Of a stretch of DNA of 64,000 bases, positions 52,834 to 62,275 are shown one piece after another (within the stretch, counting starts at the first letter, position 1; each line of letters begins with the position of its first letter). The DNA is from Candidatus Poribacteria bacterium (lineage in GTDB: Bacteria > Poribacteria > WGA-4E > JAJDTR01): the NCBI GenBank assembly GCA_965222225.1, contig CBDCTK010000002.1, positions 1,728,001-1,792,000 on the forward strand. Reading direction: 5' to 3'. The notes under the pieces were generated by a model that saw only the letters and a program-made list of their open reading frames with translations, searched no databases and was not told where the DNA came from. A program made the translations under genes and the position numbers.

Positions 52834-53049
52834 ATGCAATACCTCGTTATCATAGAAAAAGGAGCCAGCAGTTACGGCGCCTATGTGCCAGATTTACCCG
52901 GCTGCGTTGCAGTCGGCGAAACGAAGGCTGAGGTCCGCAAATTGATAACAGAGGCAATCCGATTTCATATCGAAGGATTGCGAGAAGATGGTGATGTCGT
53001 TCCACCTCCATCGTCAACAGCAGCATTTATTGATATCGCGACGGGCTAA
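52834..53049 (+). CDS. hicB: HicB-family antitoxin (orphan)
   Basis: YLVIIEKGASSYGAYVPDLPGCVAVGET..E....I.EAI.FHIEGL.EDG..VP.P. Confidence 0.88.
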   Translation: MQYLVIIEKGASSYGAYVPDLPGCVAVGETKAEVRKLITEAIRFHIEGLREDGDVVPPPSSTAAFIDIATG

Positions 53050-53081
53050 CAATCTCCATTTCCTACTGGAGTTTTGCAACA

Positions 53082-53320
53082 ATGAACATAGACACAGCCA
53101 GAATCCATGCAAAGGGCGGTAAGGGAGGAAATGGCTGCATCAGCTTCCGTCGGGAGAAGTTTGTGCCTCGCGACGGTCCCAATGGAGGCGGGGGCGGAGG
53201 GCGCGTCATTCTTGAAGCGGCGGAAGGAATGGGCACGTTAATCGGCCTGAAGCACAACCCGCTCCAAGTCGCCGACGACGGCAAGCACGGCATGGCCAAA
53301 GAGATGCACGGAGCGGATGA
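53082..53320 (+). pseudogene. Truncated duplicate of the obgE 5' end (~80 codons)
   Basis: Aligns to 59337-59578 up to KEMHGAD, then runs into unrelated sequence. Confidence 0.85.
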
Positions 53321-53650
53321 AGCCAACGAGTTTTGCAAACCGCATCGTAAGTTCGACCAGACATGCGTTTTGATAATAATCCTTGAAAGTGCGATACAGA
53401 CTTTGATGAAAGTTGATAGGTATCGTCATCACCTCACGGGTATCTAGGCCTCGCCGGCGTCCGTGTGTTTTCGCTGGAAAGCCGGAATCACTGTGCCTTA
53501 CTCTTCTCCATCGCAAGAAAAAAGTCGTCAATTTTATGGATTAGTGGTATAATGCGTACAGGGAACTTCTTTTGCGAAGCTGTTGCGTACTCCATTTAAC
53601 CAAAGGGGGTATCTTTCTACTGTATCAGCTCACGCAATATAGCAGAGCGG

Positions 53651-54409
53651 TTGCCGTGCCCAAGGATATCTACCGTGAAGACATTAAAATTTTCGTGTTT
53701 TGGACTAAGTGTATTAATCGCTATAACTCTCACCGGCTGCGACCCAGAAAGCCTGGTACCGCTATTACAATCGCCGAAGGATAGAAGTATCCATGTGGCG
53801 GGGAGCGGTTCAATAGCAGGTGAACCGGATATAGCAACTCTGAAGTTAGGTGTATCAGTTGAGAAAGAATCGGTTGCAGAAGCACGGGAGGCAGCCGCAA
53901 TCGCGATGACAGCGGTGCTAGACTCTTTGAAAGCTAACGGCATTGCTGAAGAGGACATTCAAACGGAAAGATTCAGTATCTACCCGCAGTACGACTACAC
54001 GGATAACGGACGCGTTCTTCGTGGTTACCGCGTGAACAACAGCATCAGCGCAAGGGTGCGAGAACTCCAAAGTCTCAGCGATATAATTGACGATGCCGCT
54101 GGAGCCGGGGGAGATATTGTCGTTGTAAACTCAATCCAATTCATGATTGAGGACCCCACAACATTGCAGATGCAGGCACGTGCGTTAGCAGCAATAGATG
54201 CTGAAGCGAAGGCGCAAACCTTAGCGGACGCACACGGTGTTAAGCTTGGAAAACCTGTGACTATCACAGAGGTCACCTCCGAAGGAATCTCTCCGATCGT
54301 CTATGCTGAGAGCGCAGTTGCTGATGATAGCCTCCGTACATCAACCCCTATTGAAGCTGGTGAACTCACTGTCACCGTGAGTATCACGGTAATCTATGAG
54401 TTTGAGTGA
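53651..54409 (+). CDS. SIMPL/DUF541 domain lipoprotein
   Basis: LTGC lipobox; VAGSGSI...PDIA.L.LGV, DIQT...IYPQYDY, A..DA..KA..LA...GV.LG, PIEAGE. Confidence 0.85.
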   Translation: MPCPRISTVKTLKFSCFGLSVLIAITLTGCDPESLVPLLQSPKDRSIHVAGSGSIAGEPDIATLKLGVSVEKESVAEAREAAAIAMTAVLDSLKANGIAEEDIQTERFSIYPQYDYTDNGRVLRGYRVNNSISARVRELQSLSDIIDDAAGAGGDIVVVNSIQFMIEDPTTLQMQARALAAIDAEAKAQTLADAHGVKLGKPVTITEVTSEGISPIVYAESAVADDSLRTSTPIEAGELTVTVSITVIYEFE

Positions 54410-54705
54410 GGTTAGTTCGAGCTAAGCAAATAGATTGAATTGAACGGTAGCGGTTGACTGTACAAATTACAAGAGGCTATTAACTAATACATTTTCCGAA
54501 AAAGAACGTTACATCTTTGTTCCGGCAATTCCCCGGTGCCCGTCGACATTCCGTGCCGGTTAGCGATACTTATTCATAAGAGATCGTAAAACTATTGATA
54601 CTCGTTTGTGGGTTTCCGCCGAGTTTTGAGATGTCAAACACGTCTTCATTGGCACGAAAGCGCGCAAACAAGGCGATTGTCAAGTTTACCCTTTCAACAC
54701 ATTTA

Positions 54706-54819
54706 TAGTAAAATCTGAAAATATGTGGGCATTCGGTCGGTGAACGTGTGCACTTCCTTCGCTGGCGAGGTTTGCAACCCCCCATTCCGCCAATGTATAG
54801 ATAATTATGAGTTTTACTA
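54706..54819. mobile_element. 114-bp MITE (family B) with TA target duplication, inside insB
   Basis: TA|TAGTAAAA ... TTTTACTA|TA. Removing it restores InsB ...MIVSKCVERVNLTIALFARF. Confidence 0.8.
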
Positions 54820-55249
54820 TAGAAACAATCATCGACTTTCGCTTAAAACGCCCGAATCCATGGCGCATCCGGCTATTGTTGCGCTCATTGCGAGGCATCT
54901 CGGCTCTCGTCCGCACCCATTTTGATGCCGGTAATAAGGCTTCACACACCGGTTCCCATTTGTCGGCATAGTATATCTCCACATTCAGCGCGAAACGCCG
55001 CACGGAGAGTTTTTCAAGCGTTGCTGTGTCCCTGCTGCCACATTCCCACGCTAGCAAGTGTCCGGTTTTCCTATCAACTGCCTTTCCTACCCAACGTTTG
55101 TTTTTCTTGTTCCCGATGGAGTGCCACATCTCATCAAGATTCAAGATAACGAAGGCTCTGGGCGAATGCGTGGGTTTGGGTGCGTGCTTTTCCGCAAATG
55201 TGCGAATCCATTTCAGCACGGCAGTCGGAGAAACCTGGAAAAGTTTCGA

Positions 55250-55475
55250 GTAGGGTCTGCAAATCTTGAGAGTGTTGAAAATAAGCTACACCGCCCTCGC
55301 CCAACAATTAGAGAGCTATCTGAGTTAGAACTCTTTCTAATTGAAGGTGCCCACTGGAAATATGAAAGAGAGTGGTGGTACCTGAAATTCCTGAATGATG
55401 CAAGTGAGTGGAGTTCTCGAATGTTGGCAGAGACGATTTTGTCCATGTTTACCTTGGTATGCCATATTAAGAAAG
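55250..55475 (+). pseudogene. Fragment of a DUF2971-like gene
   Basis: ESVEN..HRP..I.E......FLIEGAHWKYEREW.YLK.L.DA parallels VEYSSERP...FFMKG..WEYEREWRYLK.I.DA of 56014-56862. Confidence 0.6.
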
Positions 55476-55528
55476 TCACGCATCGTCGTTGGAGTTGCCT
55501 CAAAACACGAGTCGGCTTTAAAATGGCT

Positions 55529-55884
55529 GGTTCTTTAGGGCTAAGTGTGGGAATGAAACTTGCTGCAGGAAGGCGTGTTTGCCCCACGAGTTCAAATTGA
55601 TTGCTATAATCCCCAATAGGGTTCTGGAGACTCCGATGTATACGCTCTTGACATAACCGCTCGACATTCCCAACTACCGGGTGGTTTCTGTCGAGATTGG
55701 GACAGATATACAGGATTTACGCAGAACGCGCAAAATGATGATTTCGGCAATAATTTGATGTTGCGGCAAGGCTTTTGTAGGGAATAACGATCGTTATTCC
55801 CTACTGCCGCACTAGGCGGATTTGAGTGCTCGACTGCGTAAGTCCTAAGTTAATTTCCTTTTCCACACTTAACTCTGAAGAGCC
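55529..55884 (+). mobile_element. Internally deleted ISL3-type element with 8-bp target-site duplication
   Basis: TIRs GGTTCTTTAGGGCTAAGTGTGG / CCACACTTAACTCTGAAGAGCC; flanking direct repeat AAATGGCT (55521-55528, 55885-55892); extended -10 TGCTATAAT and a transposase-like start MYTLLT*PLDIPNYRVVSVEI. Confidence 0.78.
55712..55846. mobile_element. Family A MITE nested in the ISL3 remnant
   Basis: AGGATTTACGCAG ... CTGCGTAAGTCCT (12/13); perfect 28-bp palindrome GTAGGGAATAACGA|TCGTTATTCCCTAC at 55777-55804. Confidence 0.78.
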
Positions 55885-56013
55885 AAATGGCTTTGTTTTT
55901 TCTCTTGGTGCAGCGGATTGGCTACCGCTTCTCAATGATGGCTTGGCCCTTTATCAATCGCTCAATTCAGTCTCTAAACTAGCACCAAAGGTTATCTAGA
56001 CAAATTAGCTCTT

Positions 56014-56862
56014 ATGATTCTCTATAAATACGTTCCCACGGAACGAATTAATATCCTAGAAAAACTCCGGATTCGGTTCACGCATCCCAACGCGATGAAC
56101 GATCCGTTTGAAGCACGGCCGGACTTCTACATGACAGAGGCAGGGCGAGCAAAAGAACTAGCAGACGTGATTAGGCAGTCGCCTATCTCTATATGGAGTG
56201 CCGGACGGACCGCGACGCAGGCCGAGATGGAACGGGAGGCCTATGCGGACAGCGTCGAGCGGGATCCCGATTGCGCCGAACCAATATACAAGCATGCTGG
56301 AATCCAAATCCCTCTTGATGAGATAGCGAAAAAAGTGTACGACGAAGTGTACAACCGTGTTGGAATCCTATCCCTTTCTGAAACACCGGATAATCTACTT
56401 ATGTGGGCACACTATGCAGAAGGACACCGGGGCTTTGTCCTTATGTTTGATGGCTGCCACGATTTCTTCAAGGGTGACAGGTCAGTCTTTGGATTTGAAA
56501 AACCTGAACGTGTCGAATACAGTTCAGAGCGTCCTTGAATGCAAATAAATGATCCGAACATGTCAGCAATCTTTTTCATGAAGGGCCGTCCTTGGGAGTA
56601 CGAGAGAGAGTGGCGGTATTTGAAAGAAATCGAAGACGCAGATGTGCTGTGCCAGCAAAGCAACGTGCTGCCTATGGCGCTCTTTCGAGTACCTCCCAAG
56701 TGCATAATAGGTGTAATCCTTGGCTGCTACAGATCTCAAGAATTAGAAGACAAATTTATTGCCTTGCGACGCGAGTGCCCGGAGTTACGACACTTGCGAA
56801 TCCAACGAATGCGTGCGTCTACGAGGCATTATCGACTAGAGAAAGAAGAGATAGAGATGTGA
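56014..56862 (+). pseudogene. DUF2971 domain protein with a single in-frame TGA (56536-56538)
   Basis: LYKY, NDPFE, ILSLSE..DNLLMWAHYAEGHRG, WEYEREWR, VILGC; the two ORFs abut in the same frame. Confidence 0.8.
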
Positions 56863-56972
56863 CGCTTTGGTTCAGCAGGTATCACGTCACGCTTAGATTC
56901 AGATGTGCACAATGTACTGATGCCAGCCATTGGTGTACCATACTATCTGTATTATATCATTAGGAGCCCCTT

Positions 56973-58732
56973 ATCGAACACAAGGTAAATCCACTTCTGA
57001 GTTTCGTGTCTTTGGTGTTTTTATTGTTCTGCAGAGCCCTTCTTGCGAACGATCTAACTCCCCAAGAGATTGCCAAGAGAGCGTTAGATGCTACGGTGCT
57101 TCTCGTCATGAAGGATAGTAACGGTCAAGTGCTTGGCACAGGGAGCGGGTTCTTTGTGAAACCCAATCAGATTGCGACGAACTATCATGTCATTAAGGAA
57201 GCAACAGCAGGCACGGCGAAACGAGTTGGTCAGGAAATTGTGTATGCCATTGAAGGCATCAGCGCGATGGATGAAGAACACGATCTGGCAATTTTACGAG
57301 TATCGGCTCCAGGTGTCGAGCCGCTTCCGCTCGGAAACAGCGAAGCGGTTGTGATTGGGGATGCAGTCTATGTCGCGGGTAATCCCGAAGGCATTTTTGA
57401 AGGCACATTCTCGGATGGCATTATCAGTGCAATTCGAGGGGGCCGCGAAACAAACAACTCCAGATGACAGCCCCAATCTCTCCCGGTAGCAGTGGCGGTC
57501 CCGTGCTGAATATCCGTGGTGAAGCGATGGGTGTTTCGGTGACAATCTTCAACGGCGGGCAGAATCTCAACTTTGCGGTCCCTTCAAAGGACCTCTTGAC
57601 TCTCGTTACAAGGCTAACGTCCGCAAAACCGTTGTCACAAGTAAAACCATCAATATCCGCTGAAACCTACTTTAAGCGAGCCAATATCAAGTATGAATTA
57701 GGTTTGTATCATGCAGCCATTGCCGACTATGACGCCGTGATACGACTCAGACCAGATAATTCTTATGCTTATTTTAATCGTGGCAAGGCTAAAGCAAAAC
57801 TAGGGCAATACACAGCGGCCATTCTAGACTATGACATGGGAATCAAACTCAAACCAGACGAATCTCTCGCTTATGTAAGACGAGGTTGGGCAAAAGCAAA
57901 ACTGGATCGATACGCCGCGGCCATTCTAGACTATGATGTTGCTATCCGGAACAAACCGGATGATGCCCTTACTTATCTATTACGAGGCGGGGCGAAGAGG
58001 AGGCAAGGACAGTACGTCGCCGCAATCCAAGACTACGACATCGCTGTCCGCCTCAAACCCGACGACGCCGATACGTATAAGAGGCGGGGTGATGCTAAAT
58101 ACGACCTCGGCCTATATCGTCCTGCCCTCCAAGACTACGACACGGCGATACGCTTGAATCCGGATGATGCCGTTGCCTACGTCAGACGGGGAGAGGCGAA
58201 GGAGAATCTGGAGCAACATTTTCCTGCCATCCAAGACTTTGACACAGCGATACGCCTGAATCCAGATTATGCATATGCCTACGTCCGGCGAGGCAGCGCG
58301 AAAGAAAAGTTAGAGCAATACCCCGACGCCATTAAAGATTACAACACAGCGATACGCTTGAATCCAAGTAATGCATATGCCTATGTCAGGCGGGGCTGGA
58401 CACGAGTAGAATTAAAGCAAAACGCCGCCGCCATTAAAGATTATGATATAGCGATACGACTTAAACCAGATTACGCGTGGGCCTACATCAATCGAGGCGT
58501 GGCGAAGGAGAATCTAGGGCGACATCTTGCCGCCATCACTGACTATGACACAGCGATACGACTTAGACCAGATTATGCCTTCGCCTATTACAACCGGGGT
58601 TTGGCGCAATACAGCCTGAATCGAACTAGGGCGGCGAAAAAGGATTTCCAAACTGCACTAAAACTCGCAGGGCGCGGCGGGGATAGGAGCCTCAAAGCGC
58701 TCGTTGAGGAAACAATGCGAGATCTCCGCTAG
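56973..58732 (+). pseudogene. Trypsin-like protease-TPR fusion split by a 1-nt frameshift near 57440-57455
   Basis: ORF1 has GSGFF, ATNYHVI and DLAIL; ORF2 continues QLQMTAPISPGSSGGP plus 10 TPRs. The position homologous to the paralog's start codon reads ATC (56973) after AGGAG. Confidence 0.75.
57659..58678 (+). repeat. Ten tandem 34-aa TPR repeats (102-bp period)
   Basis: A.AY..RG.AK..L..Y.AAI.DYD.AIRL.PD repeated 10 times. Confidence 0.85.
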
Positions 58733-58903
58733 CCATGGGATTCCCAGCAATCGTAAACGAAGTAGAATTTAACATCCTTACCTCAAGATAGTTGATTACT
58801 CTCATCTTATTTTGGCGCGGCGAGGACATAAACTCGCGGTCTAATGCAACCGAAACATTACGTCAATGATACGAGAATTCAAGATGTCAAGCAAGTTCAG
58901 GCG

Positions 58904-59305
58904 ATGAAGGTTAGGGACCTCATGCGATTCAGTGAGGAAGTTGGCTGGTACCTGATACGGACACGGAGTAGCCACAGGAGGTTTCGACATCAGATCGAAT
59001 CAGGGGCCGTTACCGTCGCCGGAGAATTGGGATTGGAAGTACCACCTGGTACGCTCAACAGTGTTCTCAAACAGGCCGTCTCAAAGACTAACTTGGAGGA
59101 ACTTATGCAATCCCCTGTTATTATCAAAAAAGGCGCGCATGTGCCAGACTTGCCCAGCTGTGTCGCAGTAGGCGAAACGAAGGCTGAAGCCCACAGATTG
59201 ATTGCAGAAGCGATCCAATTTCATATCGAAGGTTTGCGAGAAGATGTTGCTGTCGTTCCACCTCCATCGTCAACCGTCGCATTTATTGATGTCGCTACGA
59301 GCTAA
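58904..59305 (+). pseudogene. hicA-hicB pair fused in frame by a 1-nt deletion; both degenerate
   Basis: HicA MKVRD...GWYLIRTRSSHRRFRH...VTVAG...VPPGTLNSVLKQA; the native TAA (59089) is out of frame; HicB ATG at 59105 after GGAGG lacks the SSYG segment. Confidence 0.75.
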
Positions 59306-59336
59306 CATTCGCTAATCCTTCGGGAGTTTCGTACCA

Positions 59337-60629
59337 ATGAATATAGACACAGCCAGAATCAATGCGAAGGGCGGCACGGGCGGCAACGGCTGCATCAGTT
59401 TCCGTCGGGAGAAATTTGTGCCTCGTGGCGGGCCCAACGGCGGCGATGGGGGACACGGCGGGAGTGTCATTCTTGAAGCAGCGGAAGGGATGAGCACGTT
59501 AATCGACCTGAGACACAACCCGCTCCAGGTCGCCGACGATGGCAAGCACGGCACAGGAAAAGAGATGCACGGCGCAGACGCCTCCGACCGAATCGTCAGA
59601 GTCCCCTGCGGCACACTTGTGCGAGATTCCGAATGCGGAGAAATCCTCGCCGACTTGACAGTCCCCAAGCAGCGCGTCGTCATAGCTCGCGGAGGCATCG
59701 GTGGAAAAGGGAATACCCATTTCAAGAGCAGTACCTTCCAAACACCGCGCGTGGCGGAAAAGGGAGAACCTGGCGAAGAACGCACCATCAGACTGGAAGT
59801 CAAGCTAATTGCAGATATCGGTTTAGTCGGATATCCTAATGCCGGAAAGTCAACTCTGTTAGGACGGATTTCATCCGCGAAACCGAAAATCGCCCCATAC
59901 CCATTCACAACCCTCGCGCCCAATCTCGGCGTAGTTAGAATCGGCGCGGAACACAACTTTGTGATGGCGGATATCCCCGGGTTAATCGAAGGTGCACATG
60001 AAGGGGCAGGTCTAGGTCACGATTTTTTGCGGCACATTGAGCGGACAAAGATGCTCATCCACGTCATCGACGCTGCGGCGATTGATGGGCGTGACCCAAT
60101 TGAGGACTATGAAAAACTCAACGCGGAACTTGAGGGCCACGACCCACATTTGATTCAACTCCCTCAATTGATTGCACTGAACAAAATCGATGCGCCCGAA
60201 GCCCAAGCCAATTTGCCGCGAATCACGAACTACTTTGAAAAGCGCGCGCTTTTTCCGATTTCTGCCCTAACCGGAGTGGGAATTGGGGGGTTAATTCGAG
60301 CGGCATATCACCGTTTACAAGGGCTGAATGAACAGAGAGAAGAACATGGGCCCCCATTTGAACAATTGGAACTCTCAATTGCCAAACCACGGGGGCGATT
60401 TGAATTGACGAAGGACGGCGATCGTTTTATCGTAGTTGGCGACGAACCCCGTCGTGCGGTTTTGATGACGGATATGGAAAACGATCAAGCGCTTGTTCTG
60501 CTCCATCGAAAACTGAAAAAGATGGGAATTATGAATGCGCTGAATAAGGCGGGAATTAAGGAAGGAGATACAGTCCAGATCGATGAATTCGAGTTCGCGT
60601 ACAGCAACAGCGGTGTCAACGCCGGATAG
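59337..60629 (+). CDS. obgE: GTPase ObgE (CgtA) with C-terminal domain
   Basis: GGNGC.SFRREK.VPRGGP.GGDGG, GYPNAGKSTL, YPFTTL, DIPGLIEGA, NKID. Confidence 0.97.
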   Translation: MNIDTARINAKGGTGGNGCISFRREKFVPRGGPNGGDGGHGGSVILEAAEGMSTLIDLRHNPLQVADDGKHGTGKEMHGADASDRIVRVPCGTLVRDSECGEILADLTVPKQRVVIARGGIGGKGNTHFKSSTFQTPRVAEKGEPGEERTIRLEVKLIADIGLVGYPNAGKSTLLGRISSAKPKIAPYPFTTLAPNLGVVRIGAEHNFVMADIPGLIEGAHEGAGLGHDFLRHIERTKMLIHVIDAAAIDGRDPIEDYEKLNAELEGHDPHLIQLPQLIALNKIDAPEAQANLPRITNYFEKRALFPISALTGVGIGGLIRAAYHRLQGLNEQREEHGPPFEQLELSIAKPRGRFELTKDGDRFIVVGDEPRRAVLMTDMENDQALVLLHRKLKKMGIMNALNKAGIKEGDTVQIDEFEFAYSNSGVNAG

Positions 60630-61752
60630 TCGCCGCGAGTGGTTATCCGGTGTGAAGCGCATCGTCGTAAAAGTCGGAAGCAGCACACTCTCGCAAGGAT
60701 TCAGGCTGAATGATGGTGCCCTAGATAGGCTGGTCGCCGATTTAGCCCGGGTCAAGGGGAGAGGTAAAGAGGTCATCCTTGTGACATCAGGCGCAATTGC
60801 TGCCGGGGTAGGCACACTCGGGCTTTCAAGTCGTCCGCAGACGATTCCCGGATTGCAGGCAGCGGCAGCCGTGGGCCAGAGCCGGTTGATGCACGCCTAT
60901 GAGGACCGATTCCAGGAGTACGGCGAGATTGCGGCGATGATGCTCCTGACGCAGGAGGACTTCAATAATCGCAAGCGCTACATTCACATCAGCAATACCC
61001 TCAACACACTGCTGCAACTTGGCACAGTGCCCATCATCAATGAGAATGACACGGTGGCAGTAGAGGAGATTAAGGTTGGCGACAATGACACGCTATCAGC
61101 CCAAGTCACTAACCTGTCAGATGCCGATCTACTGGTTGTTCTGTCCGACCAAGCCGGTTTCTTCAGTGCCGATCCGCGTAAACATTCACATTCAGAGTTA
61201 ATCGACGTTGTTCCCGTCATCACCGAGGGCATAAAGAAAGCTGCCGGCAGGGCAGGTACCCAAGACGGCACAGGCGGGATGGTCACGAAGTTGCGGGCAG
61301 CAGAAATCGTCACGGGATCAGGTGAGATGATGGTGCTGGCGGACGGAAAAGAACCCGACGTTGTCAATCGCATACTTAGCGGTGAGAACATTGGCACGCT
61401 CTTTCTGCCGCAGTCACCTAAATCCTCACGAAAACGCTGGATTGCCTATTCACGTCCTCCCAAGGGGCGATTGCTTGTCGACAATGGGGCGCGACGTGCC
61501 CTCGTGGATCGCGGAAAAAGCCTCCTCGCATCGGGCGTGCGGGGTGTGGAAGGAGAGTTTGAATACGGCGACACGGTTTCATGTCTTGATGAGAATCGGG
61601 ATGAATTTGGTCGCGGGTTGGTGAATTATAACACCGAGGATATAACCAAGATTATCGGGAAACAGACCGGCGAGATTGAAAAAATCCTTGGAGCGCGCTA
61701 CTACGAAGAGGTAATCCACCGAGACAATCTGGTGCTGATGGAGCAGGCGTGA
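60613..61752 (+). CDS. proB: Glutamate 5-kinase with PUA domain
   Basis: VVKVGSS, VTSGAI, AAVGQ, INENDTV, GDNDTL, GTGGMVTKL, IHRDNL. Start uncertain; the ORF is open from 60583. Confidence 0.96.
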   Translation: MSTPDSRREWLSGVKRIVVKVGSSTLSQGFRLNDGALDRLVADLARVKGRGKEVILVTSGAIAAGVGTLGLSSRPQTIPGLQAAAAVGQSRLMHAYEDRFQEYGEIAAMMLLTQEDFNNRKRYIHISNTLNTLLQLGTVPIINENDTVAVEEIKVGDNDTLSAQVTNLSDADLLVVLSDQAGFFSADPRKHSHSELIDVVPVITEGIKKAAGRAGTQDGTGGMVTKLRAAEIVTGSGEMMVLADGKEPDVVNRILSGENIGTLFLPQSPKSSRKRWIAYSRPPKGRLLVDNGARRALVDRGKSLLASGVRGVEGEFEYGDTVSCLDENRDEFGRGLVNYNTEDITKIIGKQTGEIEKILGARYYEEVIHRDNLVLMEQA

Positions 61753-61790
61753 AACACGGTGTCTAGTTATGTCGAAAGAGGAACAGAATT

Positions 61791-62072
61791 GTGGAATCAT
61801 TGACAATACAGACCACGAATACTGAAGCCGCGATACGTCTCATTCGTTCCGGTCTCCTCAAAGAGGCTGCTTTTTTGCGTTTAGGGATCGAGAAGACGAC
61901 AGGGCGAATTGCACATTTTGAGGAACAATATGGCGGTTCGATTCAAGAGTTAGCCAGTTCCATTACGCTAATTGACGACATTGATGTGTTAGAATGGGAA
62001 GGTGAAACTGAGGTCCTGCGCCGCTTAGACAAGAAATTGAAGCAGATCGATGAATTGAAAGTATGCAAATGA
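61791..62072 (+). CDS. Small antitoxin-like hypothetical protein
   Basis: RIAHFEEQYG...D.LEWEGE...L.RL..KL pattern typical of small TA partners. Confidence 0.55.
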   Translation: MESLTIQTTNTEAAIRLIRSGLLKEAAFLRLGIEKTTGRIAHFEEQYGGSIQELASSITLIDDIDVLEWEGETEVLRRLDKKLKQIDELKVCK

Positions 62073-62089
62073 CGGACTATTTTACATAT

Positions 62090-62201
62090 AGGACTTACAC
62101 AGCAACAGGAGGTCGTTACGATAGGCAGGGCATCTTGCCCTGCCATGCATAGGCGGCCACGACCGGGAGATCGCTCCTACAAGCCGAACTGCGAAAGTTT
62201 T
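62090..62201. mobile_element. Family A MITE-like element between proB and proA
   Basis: AGGACTTACACAG ... CTGCGAAAGTTTT; internal hairpin GGCAGGGCA-TCT-TGCCCTGCC and GATCGCTCCTAC. Confidence 0.55.
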
Positions 62202-62275
62202 AACATTAATTGCACGCGCTCCCGCAACGAGTGGAGAAATCGGCCGTTGGTAAAACCCAAAAAGGAGATAACTAG

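Larger units (their letters stand above)
54570..55986 (-). mobile_element. Degraded IS1-family element (insA/insB remnants) with nested insertions
   Basis: InsB motifs LDEMW, KAVDR, AWECGSRD, YADKW, ERNNSRMRH, RFKRK; InsA HTH KLFQVSPTAVLKWIR; possible end GGTGCTAGTTTAGA at 55986. Confidence 0.75.

Noticed and set aside
53321-53447. C-terminal part of the 121-aa Obg-like ORF as a novel domain
   Set aside because: Best explained as read-through into unrelated DNA past the truncation point.
56536-56538. Selenocysteine or genetic-code reassignment at the in-frame TGA
   Set aside because: The position aligns with Arg rather than Cys, and TGA is a normal stop in rpmG, rplA and other genes.
57659-58678. 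Periodic repeats as a possible CRISPR array or DGR
   Set aside because: The 102-bp period is in frame and encodes TPRs; there are no identical repeats with unique spacers, and no cas or RT genes.
49628-59336. Integron cassette array (co-oriented short genes, TA modules, some TAAC/GTT motifs)
   Set aside because: I could not find paired attC R''/R' boxes with L boxes, and there is no integrase.
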